Made by a program: the position numbers and the translations under genes. The notes under the pieces were generated by a model, which saw only the letters and a program-made list of their open reading frames with translations, was not told where the DNA came from and made no database searches. A DNA stretch of 53,239 nucleotides. It comes from a virus. Taxonomy: Duplodnaviria; Caudoviricetes. Of the stretch, positions 29,701 to 38,188 are shown piece by piece (the first letter of the stretch is position 1; each line of letters starts with the position of its first letter). The stretch covers positions 1-53,239 of IMG/VR virus record IMGVR_UViG_3300032360_000010. The stretch is one strand, 5' to 3'.

Positions 29701-31704
29701 GATCCCACAGCGGATCGCACAATCACATTCGGGGATGAAACCGGCACCGTCTTTACGACGGCAAGTGTTCAAGCCCTAGCAAACGGTGTCACCGCTACGA
29801 CCCAGTCTGCAAGCGACAACTCCACGAAACTCGCCACTACGGCCTACGTCGATACTGGTCTTGGTGCCCTAAGCAGCGATTCGATTACTGACGCTGACTC
29901 AGACACAAAGATTCAAGTTGAGGAATCAGCCGACGAAGACATCATCCGCTTTGATACCGCCGGTACAGAACGCATGACTATTGGTGCCACTGGCACCGTA
30001 ACCATCACTGGTGACCTCACAGTCAACGGAACCACAACAGAGATCAGTTCCACAACGATTACCGTCGATGACAAGAACATCGAAATTGGTTCAGTCGCCT
30101 CTCCGACGGACGTTACCGCTGACGGCGGTGGCCTAACTCTGAAGGGCGCTACCGACAAGACATGGAACTGGGTCAACTCCACCGACGCGTGGACTTCCTC
30201 AGAACACATTGATCTCGCTTCTGGCAAAGCGTTTTACATTGCAGGCGCTTCTGTTCTAAACGCTACGACTCTTGGATCAGCAGTGGTTGCCTCGTCGTTG
30301 ACAAGCGTTGGAACGATTGCCTCTCTCGCAGCCACTGATCTGACAGTTTCGGGCATTGCCACATTTAGCGGAACAATCGCTGGCGCTAGTCCACTCATCT
30401 TTGAAGGCGCTACCGCCAACGACTTTGAGACAACTTTCGCCATCACCGATCCCACGGCGGATAGGACAATCACGTTCCAAGATGCGACTGGCACGGTTGC
30501 CTATCTGGCTTCTCCGACCTTCACTGGTACACCTGCCGCTCCTACTGCGTCAGCGAATACGGGTACAACCCAGATCGCTACCACAGCCTTTGTGATGACG
30601 GAGTTGGCTGACTATGCGCCGCTTGTTTCTCCAACCTTACAAGGAACTCCTCTTGCCCCAACAGCGGCAGCGGATACGAATACCACACAGATTGCTACCA
30701 CGGCCTATGTCCAGACAGAGTTAGGCGCTCTAAGTAGTACCTCAATTCTTGATGCTGATAGTGACACGAAGATCCAAGTCGAAGAATCTGCTGATGAAGA
30801 CATCATCCGCTTCGATACGGCAGGCACGGAGAGAATGACAATTAGTGCCGCTGGTGTAGTTGCTACGGTGGGTGCTTTGACAGCCGGTGGAGTCCTTACG
30901 GCCAGTGGCGGTATTGCTGACGGAGCAACTGCTACTACCCAGTCAGCAAGCGATAACTCAACGAAACTTGCTACCACCGCCTATGTCGATACTGGTTTGG
31001 GCGCTCTCAGTAGTGATTCAATCACTGATGCTGACGGCGATACAAAGATTCAGGTCGAAGAATCTGCTGACGAGGATTACATCAGATTTGATGTTGGTGG
31101 CACTGAGAAGGGCTACATCTACGGTTCCGGTTTGACCATGACGGCTCCTATCGTTATAGATGGCGACTATGACTTCACAATGGCAACGTCGAACACTCAG
31201 ATTCTTGGTCCTGCGTCCGGATCGGCTACGAATGGGAATGTGTCGTATTCGTTCTCAGGCGATGCCGACACGGGCCTTTTCCGTTCGGCAGCGAACACGA
31301 TGGTATTGGCTACGGGTGGAGCCAATAGAGTAGTTATTAATGGTGATGGATTGGACATTGACGGTAACGTCTTGTACGACATCGACATCAAAGAGGTGAA
31401 CCCGACTTCGGGGACTACATACACTCTTGTTCTTGCCGATAGAGGTCAGTTTGTTCGTATCGGTGATGAGGCTAATAACACTTCTGCCAATGCTGTAACG
31501 ATTCCTCCGAATAGTTCAGTAGCGTTCCCAATTGGGTGTCAAGTTCAAATCGCGTGTATGGGTGGCGAAGTAACCATGGTTGCTGGATCTGGTGTAACAT
31601 TGCGTTATACACCGGGTTTAAAGTTGCGTGCCCAATTCTCTACCTGTACCTGTATTAAGATCGCTACAGACGAGTGGGTTCTCGTTGGTGACCTTGAGGC
31701 GTAA
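26752..31704 (+). CDS. Long tail fibre with Mtd-N-like N-terminus and extensive internal duplications
   Basis: IQFRRDTAANW...GEIGYETD...KIGDGVTAW N-terminal domain; APTA..NTTQIATTA fibre repeats; C-terminal TYTLVLAD...VTIPPNSSVAFPIG...WVLVGDL domain. Confidence 0.85.
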   Translation: MAAIIQFRRDTAANWTSNNPTMAVGEIGYETDNQNYKIGDGVTAWTSLGYGGLGDIHKTLIDAKGDLVVGLADNSAGRLAVGTNGQMLVADSDAAGGISWAANDTIVNWHEAVKLASAAAIAAATSTYDNGTSGVGATLTHTPASTPSGYARLQIDGTNVTTGDRILIQDQVDAAHNGIYEVTAQGVAATSAWVLTRGDDFDGTPTGQIKQGEAVYALSGSNNSGQGFTVTSTSDPHTVGTHDIDWTQFTGTQAFNAGTGLTITGNTVNANTANAARIVVNADDIDLATTAVTAASYGSVTEVGTFTVDAYGRLTAAADATIAIPSTAVTDFTEAVQDVSGAQLATNGSHTGITASYDDAGDGAIDLALVTENVQDIVAGQLVTNGSHSGIAATYDDAGDGAIDLNVDDFTITLAGDLSGNTTITNLANATLTATIVADATALGTDTTGNYVATIAGTANEVEVSGSGSETAAVTVGLPSAVTVTTSLTTPLVTVSGASIVIEGATANDFETTLTVTDPTADRTITFADASGTVVTTGNLTATTEYIEDTVGAQLVTNGSHTHLTAAYDDAGDGAIDIALNTTAVTGGSYGSATAVPGYTVDAYGRLTAASNTTIAIPSTAVTDFTEAVQDVSGAQLATNGSHTGITATYDDAGDGAVDLALITENVQDIVAGQLVTNGSHSGIAATYDDAGDGAIDLNVDDFTITLSGDIGGSVTVTNLASATLATTIQADSIALGTDTTGNYLATLAGTANEVEVSGSGSETAAVTVGLPSAVTVTTSLTTPLVNVSGASIVIEGATANDFETTLTVTDPTADRTITLPDVTGTVITTGNLSASTEHIEDTVAAQLVTNGSHSGIAATYDDAGDGAIDLNVADFTITLSGDIGGSVTVTDLASATLATTIQANSVALGTDSTGNYVATVAGTANEVDVSGSGSETAAVTIGLPSAVTVTTSLTTPLVNVSGASIVIEGATANDFETTLTVTDPTADRTITFGDETGTVFTTASVQALANGVTATTQSASDNSTKLATTAYVDTGLGALSSDSITDADSDTKIQVEESADEDIIRFDTAGTERMTIGATGTVTITGDLTVNGTTTEISSTTITVDDKNIEIGSVASPTDVTADGGGLTLKGATDKTWNWVNSTDAWTSSEHIDLASGKAFYIAGASVLNATTLGSAVVASSLTSVGTIASLAATDLTVSGIATFSGTIAGASPLIFEGATANDFETTFAITDPTADRTITFQDATGTVAYLASPTFTGTPAAPTASANTGTTQIATTAFVMTELADYAPLVSPTLQGTPLAPTAAADTNTTQIATTAYVQTELGALSSTSILDADSDTKIQVEESADEDIIRFDTAGTERMTISAAGVVATVGALTAGGVLTASGGIADGATATTQSASDNSTKLATTAYVDTGLGALSSDSITDADGDTKIQVEESADEDYIRFDVGGTEKGYIYGSGLTMTAPIVIDGDYDFTMATSNTQILGPASGSATNGNVSYSFSGDADTGLFRSAANTMVLATGGANRVVINGDGLDIDGNVLYDIDIKEVNPTSGTTYTLVLADRGQFVRIGDEANNTSANAVTIPPNSSVAFPIGCQVQIACMGGEVTMVAGSGVTLRYTPGLKLRAQFSTCTCIKIATDEWVLVGDLEA
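27715..31090 (+). repeat. Nested intragenic duplications in the long fibre
   Basis: IAIPSTAVTDFTEAVQDVSG at 27715 and 28594 (879-nt period); YDDAGDGA x6; EGATANDFETT...DPTADRTIT x4; DAD.DTKIQVEESADED x3; copies differ at synonymous sites. Confidence 0.85.
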
Positions 31705-31706
31705 GA

Positions 31707-32339
31707 ATGGTATCCAGACAAGAAGGTAGAACCGGACCTCGCAAAGACGATGTCCCTAACATTGTCGGACAGACAACCACTAACGCTGACTCTCAGGTTG
31801 TAAGTGCTGGATTCGATGTTGGTTCTAAGACCACTACCCCCGCCACAGGGGCGCAATCAACCGACATCGTTGCTTCTCAAACCCCTTCAGCGGGAACGGT
31901 TTACCCACTGAAGGAAGACGTTGATTACGTCTACTACAGTCCTTACTTCCCCCCATTCTTTCCACCCTTCTTTCCTCCGTTCTTCCCACCGTTCTTCCCT
32001 CCATTCTTCCCACCCTTCTTCCCTCCATTCTTCCCACCCTTCTTTCCTCCGTTCTTTCCTCCGTTCTTTCCTCCGTTCTTCCCGCCGTTCTTTCCTCCCT
32101 TCTTCCCACCGTTCTTCCCCCCGTTCTTCCCCCCGTTCTTCCCGCCCTTCTTCCCGCCCTTCTTCCCCCCGTTCTTCCCACCATTCTTCCCACCGCATTT
32201 CCCACCACACTTCCCGCCGTTCTTCCCACCACATTTCCCGCCGCATTTCCCACCGTTCTTCCCACCACATTTCCCACCACACTTCCCACCGTTCTTCCCG
32301 CCCCATTTCCCGCCACACTTCCCGCCATCATTTAAATAG
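31707..32339 (+). CDS. PASTA-domain protein with C-terminal (PPxF)32 repeat
   Basis: VPNIVGQTTTNA......AGF...VASQTPSAGT...V matches the PASTA consensus; then 20x PPFF, 3x (PPHF-PPHF-PPFF), PPHF-PPHF-PPSF-K. Confidence 0.8.
   Translation: MVSRQEGRTGPRKDDVPNIVGQTTTNADSQVVSAGFDVGSKTTTPATGAQSTDIVASQTPSAGTVYPLKEDVDYVYYSPYFPPFFPPFFPPFFPPFFPPFFPPFFPPFFPPFFPPFFPPFFPPFFPPFFPPFFPPFFPPFFPPFFPPFFPPFFPPFFPPFFPPHFPPHFPPFFPPHFPPHFPPFFPPHFPPHFPPFFPPHFPPHFPPSFK
31950..32333 (+). repeat. 12-bp coding repeat x32 (Pro-Pro-Phe/His-Phe)
   Basis: All four Pro codons and both Phe codons are used among units, so conservation is at the protein level. Confidence 0.95.
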
Positions 32340-32348
32340 GAGATCGCT

Positions 32349-33278
32349 ATGGTTGAATATGTTCCGAATCCTGCTTATGACCCAGACGCAGAGGGTCAGT
32401 ACCCTCCGTTCAAGGGAGGGATCGGAGACCTTTTACCAACTGACACGCTTGATCTTTCAGAACTGATTCCGACAATGGATGAACCCGGTTTTACGGAAAA
32501 GTCCATGTATGACTTCAAAATCGCTTCACCGGATGGATCAAATCCGGACATTCTGAGTGATTACATTGGAAAAGTCACTTTGGTGTTCAATTGTGCCGCT
32601 GGGTGTGGAAACATCCCCCAACATACGGTTTTGCAAGAACTGCATGAACGGTATGAGGATGAGCCGGACTTCAATATTCAAGCAGTCGTAGTTGATGACT
32701 TCACTTGCCACGGATATCCAGAATTCAGTGATGGGTTGGAGGGATACGCTGAGGCTAATGATTTAGATTTGACACCGGGACAGATTGCACAAAAGTACGC
32801 TCGCGACAATTTCGGTGCCGAATACGCGTTTTCCGAACTGACTAAAGCCAGATTCGATAGACACACTTATGATCCTGAGTGGGTTCCCGGCGCAGAATAC
32901 CAGCAAGAACCAGATGAGTTTTGGCTACATCTAGTCGGAGCCGACAAGTTGGAACGTAACGAAAATGGTGTACCACATCATTATGAGGTCAGCCCGTGGG
33001 CAGCAGAGCCGCAGGAAGAGGACCGTAGCAAGCCGGGGTTCTCTCCTCTTATGGGGAACTTTGAGAAATTCTTAGTGGACCGTACCGGCCATAGGCAGAT
33101 CCGGTACAGCAGCAGTTTCCTGTTGGGGGAAAGAGGCCAGAACGGCAATCTCTTGCCATGGTGGGATACTGACGATCTTGACTCGCTGGGGCCGTGGCCG
33201 TCGGAGTTGCAACGACGGGGGATTACGGCTTCGCTGGATGCCCTCTGCAAAGACATTGATGCTTTCCTAGCGGAGTAG
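32349..33278 (+). CDS. Glutathione peroxidase-like (thioredoxin-fold) protein
   Basis: GKVTLVFNCAAGCG..PQH..LQELHERY and GNFEKFLVDRTG correspond to GPx motifs; AGGAG RBS. Confidence 0.75.
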   Translation: MVEYVPNPAYDPDAEGQYPPFKGGIGDLLPTDTLDLSELIPTMDEPGFTEKSMYDFKIASPDGSNPDILSDYIGKVTLVFNCAAGCGNIPQHTVLQELHERYEDEPDFNIQAVVVDDFTCHGYPEFSDGLEGYAEANDLDLTPGQIAQKYARDNFGAEYAFSELTKARFDRHTYDPEWVPGAEYQQEPDEFWLHLVGADKLERNENGVPHHYEVSPWAAEPQEEDRSKPGFSPLMGNFEKFLVDRTGHRQIRYSSSFLLGERGQNGNLLPWWDTDDLDSLGPWPSELQRRGITASLDALCKDIDAFLAE

Positions 33279-33299
33279 AAATCTGGTAACGTCCCTGAT

Positions 33300-33938
33300 G
33301 TGGAAGAGAAATCACTTATAACGCCGGGTTATTTCGGTTCCTCTAAAGATAACATTATGATTCTCCATGATTTTGTTGATAAAATAGATCTTGAACATAT
33401 GAATGCCTTTGCTCCACATATTTCCCAATGGGAAAATCCCAGAGAAACCGAATACGACGAGGACGGTGTTTGCATTTATGATGCGTCTTACTGGTGGGAC
33501 CGCATGTGCAGCGGGGAGATCCTTGGACGGATCAATCCGTTCATGCACCAAATGATTGATAAATACATAGACAAAATGAAACTTGCCATTGAGGAAAAGT
33601 TCAAAGTTACTTTGCACAAGCGCCCGCCCGTGCTGGTCAGGTGGCTTCCCGGCAACGAGCAGTCGCCACATTCAGACAAGCAGTTGAACGATGGCAGCCC
33701 GAATCCGTTTCCCACTTATGATCTCAATTCAATTATCTATTGGAACGACGATTTTGAAGGTGGTCAGTTCTACTATCCGGAATATGACATAGAATTAGAA
33801 ATAGAACCGGGTATGGCGGTTGCACATCCCGGCGACATCCACTACCTCCACGGGGTCAAACCGATAGTTTCTGGTACTCGTTGGACAACGCCATCCTTTT
33901 ATACAATTACGGGATTACAGGAGCAGATATGGACATAG
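33300..33938 (+). CDS. 2OG-Fe(II) oxygenase, prolyl-4-hydroxylase-like
   Basis: HSD...YWNDDFEGGQFYYP...YLHGVKPIVSGTRWT; TGG-TAACGT lies 7 nt before the GTG. Confidence 0.9.
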   Translation: MEEKSLITPGYFGSSKDNIMILHDFVDKIDLEHMNAFAPHISQWENPRETEYDEDGVCIYDASYWWDRMCSGEILGRINPFMHQMIDKYIDKMKLAIEEKFKVTLHKRPPVLVRWLPGNEQSPHSDKQLNDGSPNPFPTYDLNSIIYWNDDFEGGQFYYPEYDIELEIEPGMAVAHPGDIHYLHGVKPIVSGTRWTTPSFYTITGLQEQIWT

Positions 33939-34636
33939 CAGGTTATTGCGGACATCCGGCCTCAGCAATTGTGCTGTACAAGAACGTTTGGCCAGAGGAT
34001 CAAAACTTTGCTGAACGTTTGGAAGAGTGCATCGGTGACAGCACCCATGAATATTTTTCGTGGAAGAAGGCACTGGTGGGGGATTTGGAAGAGATGCTTG
34101 ACTACCGGGATTGTTCCGATTTCAAATTTCGTGAGAGTGACTTCCCTGTTTGCGATCCTGCCTTCACGGAAGCAGGAGAGATTTACAGGGAGGTAATCAC
34201 GGGAATACGGGAGTGCGTGGTTCACTATCAGGGGTTGTACAACCTCAGTTTGGAATTTGAGGAAGCAACCAATTTTGTCAGGTACAACGAAGGTCAACAC
34301 TTCGGGGTTCATGCCGATCATGGATTTTCTTATAGCGCCACGGTTTCGGCAATCGGCTATCTGAACGACGGTTACGACGGCGGCGAGTATTTGTTGCCGT
34401 ATCAGGACATCAAGTTCCTGCCGGAGAGGAACGATGTGATCGTGCATCCGTCCACATTCGTGTATGCCCACGCCTCTTTGCCGGTAACGAAGGGTACCAA
34501 GTATTCAGCGGTGACGATGTACGACTACAACGACCGTAATCATCAGGATCAGCAAGGAACTACCTATGCGCCTCCCTCTGGATACGGTTTCCCGCCTAGC
34601 GGGGACATGGGGGGCCAGATACTTCCGGCATCATGA
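33929..34636 (+). CDS. 2OG-Fe(II) oxygenase, prolyl-4-hydroxylase-like
   Basis: HAD...YLNDGYDGGE...YAHASLPVTKGTKYS; start reassigned to ATG 33929, which has an AGGAG RBS. Confidence 0.9.
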   Translation: MDIAGYCGHPASAIVLYKNVWPEDQNFAERLEECIGDSTHEYFSWKKALVGDLEEMLDYRDCSDFKFRESDFPVCDPAFTEAGEIYREVITGIRECVVHYQGLYNLSLEFEEATNFVRYNEGQHFGVHADHGFSYSATVSAIGYLNDGYDGGEYLLPYQDIKFLPERNDVIVHPSTFVYAHASLPVTKGTKYSAVTMYDYNDRNHQDQQGTTYAPPSGYGFPPSGDMGGQILPAS

Positions 34637-35352
34637 AGGTAGTTGTCAGAAAGAATCATCAGAATCCACCTGAGATTCGTCAATCTCGTCTCAAGCGGGA
34701 TTGGATGGACGATACCTACAACAAACATGCGTATAAGTGTTTGCCGTTGGGTGCGGCCAATGTGCAGGGCTGGGAGATGGTTCTTCAGCAGGAAGTGGTA
34801 GTGCAATGGGATGGCGGGAACACCGTCCCACGGGTTCTGTCCGGAGAGACGATGACCCATACGGTCGATGGACAGGAGTACGAACGAGCAATAGCGATTC
34901 CAAGCATTGTAGGAATCATGTCGTTCGCTACGGGATGGTCGATGGGCACCCCTCCGGGGTATAGCACTTGGATTTCTGGATCACCCAACTATTTTGTGGA
35001 TGGCGCGGTTCCTTTGACGGCCAGCATTCCTACTCACTGGTGGCCCGATGAGTGGAATATGAACTGGAAGATCACGAAGGAGAACACTCCGGTGATTTTT
35101 CCTGAAGGTATGCCGTTCATGTTTTTTCAGGTGTACCCCGATGCCCTGTTGTCAGAGGTAGAATTTGAAGTAGAACACTTGTGGGATAGGCCGGAACTGA
35201 TGAAAGAACGACAAGAATACGGAGAAGTCAAGTTTAAGAACAACGAGGAAAACCCGTGGACTTGGATGGGGAGCATACGCACTGGTTTAAATGAAAAGGG
35301 AGAGCAGATCGGTCCCAAGCATGACGGTCATCTAAAATTGGATGTTCCATAA
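34633..35352 (+). CDS. DUF6065 family protein
   Basis: HAYKCLPL..AN..GW...TPPGYSTWISGSPN...PLTA.I.T.W....MNWKIT...F.EG.PF pattern. Confidence 0.7.
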   Translation: MKVVVRKNHQNPPEIRQSRLKRDWMDDTYNKHAYKCLPLGAANVQGWEMVLQQEVVVQWDGGNTVPRVLSGETMTHTVDGQEYERAIAIPSIVGIMSFATGWSMGTPPGYSTWISGSPNYFVDGAVPLTASIPTHWWPDEWNMNWKITKENTPVIFPEGMPFMFFQVYPDALLSEVEFEVEHLWDRPELMKERQEYGEVKFKNNEENPWTWMGSIRTGLNEKGEQIGPKHDGHLKLDVP

Positions 35353-36494
35353 TGGCTGGCGAATGGGTGGACCGTAGCAAGGACGTTGACGCTGGATGGG
35401 CCACATTGCAGCGAAAAAAGTTTGCACTGGTGGGTTCGGAAAAACTTCCAACTGCCGGTCATGTTTTAGAAGGATACACATACGAAGATATTATTGATGA
35501 TCCTAAGTATTTTAAAGATTTGCTTCTTAAGCATAAATTGCTTTGTTTTCGTGAGTTGAATCTTACCGGGAATCAGAATCCTGAAGTTCTTGGGGCATTG
35601 GGATACCATGTGTTTGGTCATCATAAGGAAGATCACCGCAACACTATTGAAATGAAGTATCGGGTAAACGATCCTTCAGAGTTGCTGGTTCCATGGCATG
35701 TGGAAAATCTTCACCAGCAGTACCCTCCGGAAGTAGCCGGATGGAACATGGAAGTATTTACTTGTCCCAAAAATCACGGCAGAACTGGATTTGTGAACTT
35801 GGCAGAATGCACAAGCCGTTTGCCAATTGAGACCGTGAACTATCTCAGAGATTTTGAGTTTATAGTTGTTCGCCAAGCCGAAGATGGGGACGAGGCGATA
35901 AAGCAGGTTGAATCCGGAAGTCGTGAAGTATCTATCAAGAACAAACGTCGCCTTGGCCCCGACGGGCGACTGATGCATGGCGATGCTAATGATTATTATG
36001 ACGCCCATGTCCGTAAAGCAATTGAAGATCATCCTTTAACAAATGAACCGGTCTTGAGGTATGAGTTGGATTGGATATATCTAGACAATTTCCCGAGAGG
36101 ACCAAAAGAAATAGACAATTGGCACAGGAGCCAGAGGGGACAAACCGCAACAGGTACTTGCTTTCCCTACTGCTCTAAAGAAGATCGACTAGAAATAGAT
36201 CTCTTGGGTCAAGAAATATATTTGAATCCTGACAACCAATTTTGGTGGGAATGGACGCAGGGAGACTTCCTATTAGCGGACCTGTTTGTAATGGCCCATA
36301 CGGTGACGGGAGGGTTCCAGCCTGAGGAGAGGCGGTTGGACGTTACGTTCAACACCACAGAATTCCATGAGCGACAGGCAATTGATGAGAAATTGAAAAT
36401 TTGTCCATCCGATAGTGGTGAAGGTGAATGGATTCGTCATATTCCAGAGTTTTCAGAGTTTTCAGGGATTCCAAGAGGAAGTCCGGGGTCGTGA
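35352..36494 (+). CDS. TauD/CAS-like 2OG-Fe(II) dioxygenase (HxE variant)
   Basis: PWHVEN, G.TGFVNL, HPLTNEPVL, WTQGDFLLAD...H....F...RRL. Confidence 0.8.
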   Translation: MAGEWVDRSKDVDAGWATLQRKKFALVGSEKLPTAGHVLEGYTYEDIIDDPKYFKDLLLKHKLLCFRELNLTGNQNPEVLGALGYHVFGHHKEDHRNTIEMKYRVNDPSELLVPWHVENLHQQYPPEVAGWNMEVFTCPKNHGRTGFVNLAECTSRLPIETVNYLRDFEFIVVRQAEDGDEAIKQVESGSREVSIKNKRRLGPDGRLMHGDANDYYDAHVRKAIEDHPLTNEPVLRYELDWIYLDNFPRGPKEIDNWHRSQRGQTATGTCFPYCSKEDRLEIDLLGQEIYLNPDNQFWWEWTQGDFLLADLFVMAHTVTGGFQPEERRLDVTFNTTEFHERQAIDEKLKICPSDSGEGEWIRHIPEFSEFSGIPRGSPGS

Positions 36495-37361
36495 ATGGTA
36501 CCGATGACTCAAGGAACGGTACTGCCTGATCATAGTTTTAGCGACATCTTGGATGATCCTAAGCATTTCAGAAACCTATTAAATGAATCAAAGTTGTTGT
36601 GTTTTCCTGAACTGGGTTTGAGCCGGAAACAAAACAAGCAAGTATGTGCCGCTTTGGGGTATTGGTCTGATCGGCAAAACGATGAGACCCATGCGATGAC
36701 GATGAACCGAAAGGGTTGGCCCAACGCCCCTGAACAAGTTTTAGTTCAATGGCATTTGGAGAATTTGGACCAAAAGCGTCCTCCCATTTTGGCGGGCTGG
36801 AACATGGTGAAATTCTCTTGTCCTCAAGGCCATGGTCGTACCGGCTTTGTCAACATGGCTGAAATGCATAAGAAGGTTCAATCCAATATTCCTTTTGAGT
36901 TTGTGTTTGTTCGTATGGAAAAAGAGATGGAGCAACTTCAAGAACAAATAGCGATGGGAAAACGAGAGTTCAATATTGTAAATGAGGAAAACATTGAAGA
37001 GAGAACTTCCTACGACCTTCCGGTGGAGCGATGGGCTGGCCAAAAGACGTATCAGCCGCCGATCATAAATTCTGTTTCATCTCATCCTGTTACGGGAGAG
37101 CCTGTGTTGCGTTACATGGTGGATAGCCATGCAATATGGATTCCGATTCCGGGTGTAGACATGAAAGAGGAGAAAGCCATTTTTCATGCGACTTTGGTTC
37201 AAGAAATTCGGAATCCAGATAATCAGTTTTGGTGGGATTGGACTGAGGGGGATTTTTTGTTGACTGATCTGTTTTGCATGATGCATTCTGTTATGGGTGG
37301 GTTCACTACAGAGCAGCGCATTCTTGATGTTGTATTCTCCACTGAACTATTACCACTATGA
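36495..37361 (+). CDS. TauD/CAS-like 2OG-Fe(II) dioxygenase (HxE variant), paralog of upstream gene
   Basis: QWHLEN, GRTGFVNM, HPVTGEPVL, WTEGDFLLTD...MH. Confidence 0.8.
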   Translation: MVPMTQGTVLPDHSFSDILDDPKHFRNLLNESKLLCFPELGLSRKQNKQVCAALGYWSDRQNDETHAMTMNRKGWPNAPEQVLVQWHLENLDQKRPPILAGWNMVKFSCPQGHGRTGFVNMAEMHKKVQSNIPFEFVFVRMEKEMEQLQEQIAMGKREFNIVNEENIEERTSYDLPVERWAGQKTYQPPIINSVSSHPVTGEPVLRYMVDSHAIWIPIPGVDMKEEKAIFHATLVQEIRNPDNQFWWDWTEGDFLLTDLFCMMHSVMGGFTTEQRILDVVFSTELLPL

Positions 37362-38188
37362 GTGGTCTTAGGTTGGAGGGTTTAACAGCCGCCGATATTT
37401 TGAATAATATACAGTATTACTATGAATTATTCATTGAACATAAAAAACTTGGCTTTGTCGAATTGCATCCAACCCGAGACCAGCAAGAAGAATTAGTCAA
37501 ACTATTTGCAGATGCGATTGAATCCAATTCTCTTTTCGATGTTGTTCATCCACATCTAGAAGAAAGACTAAAAGAAGCACCAGATGATTTTCTAATAGGT
37601 CATTGGCATACTGATAATACCGTGTTTGAAGTATGCCCAAATGTCACCAGTATGCATATGCATTATTGGAAAGGAAGAAAAGGAACAGGTAACACTGTTT
37701 TAGTTGACTTACAAGATTTGTATGACAAATGTCCTAAAGAGTATATAAATTATTTACAGGCTTTGATGGTTCATCATCGTTCTGGTATGGACAACCCTGA
37801 CGGAACGTTGCATCCCGGTGCCCACCATCCCGCTCTGCGCTCTCATCCGACAACAGGAAAAACTTGTCTGTGGTATACAGGTCCAGAGTGTGATCCGGCC
37901 ACGGGACAAGATCCGCTGTTTGATGAATACAAAGACTGGATGAGGACAATCAAAGAAACGGGTCAGTTATACCAACCCGAAAATCAGTTTTCATGGGAAT
38001 GGACGGAAGGCGATTTCTTGGTTTGGGACAACACCTGTGTTGTTCACGCCTTTTACGGTGGTTGGGAATATGGCAAGAGGAAGTTCGATAAAGTGGAGGC
38101 CGGGTACTCAAGACCATTCTTCACAAGGCCGTGGGGTACCATGATGGGTCGCCCCATAGAAAGCGAAAGTGTCAGTCACTATGGATGA
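37358..38188 (+). CDS. TauD/TfdA-family 2OG-Fe(II) dioxygenase
   Basis: WHTD, GNTVLVD, HPALRSHPTTGKTCL, WTEGDFLVWDN.CVVH...R. Confidence 0.88.
   Translation: MSGLRLEGLTAADILNNIQYYYELFIEHKKLGFVELHPTRDQQEELVKLFADAIESNSLFDVVHPHLEERLKEAPDDFLIGHWHTDNTVFEVCPNVTSMHMHYWKGRKGTGNTVLVDLQDLYDKCPKEYINYLQALMVHHRSGMDNPDGTLHPGAHHPALRSHPTTGKTCLWYTGPECDPATGQDPLFDEYKDWMRTIKETGQLYQPENQFSWEWTEGDFLVWDNTCVVHAFYGGWEYGKRKFDKVEAGYSRPFFTRPWGTMMGRPIESESVSHYG

Noticed and set aside
31950-32333. Microsatellite or assembly artefact
   Set aside because: Units differ synonymously and show an ordered Phe-to-His pattern, which slippage or collapse would not produce.
31834-32466. Alternative-frame ORFs over the PPFF repeat (WEER-, GRT- and SSH-rich products)
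   Set aside because: Shadows of a stop-free repeat. Variation falls at third positions of the PPxF frame, and only that frame has a PASTA domain and operon-consistent boundaries.
35352-38188. Annotation as tauD sulfur-scavenging auxiliary metabolic genes
   Set aside because: Only fold-level motifs are visible; two copies have HxE and there are no tau transporter genes, so no gene symbol was assigned.
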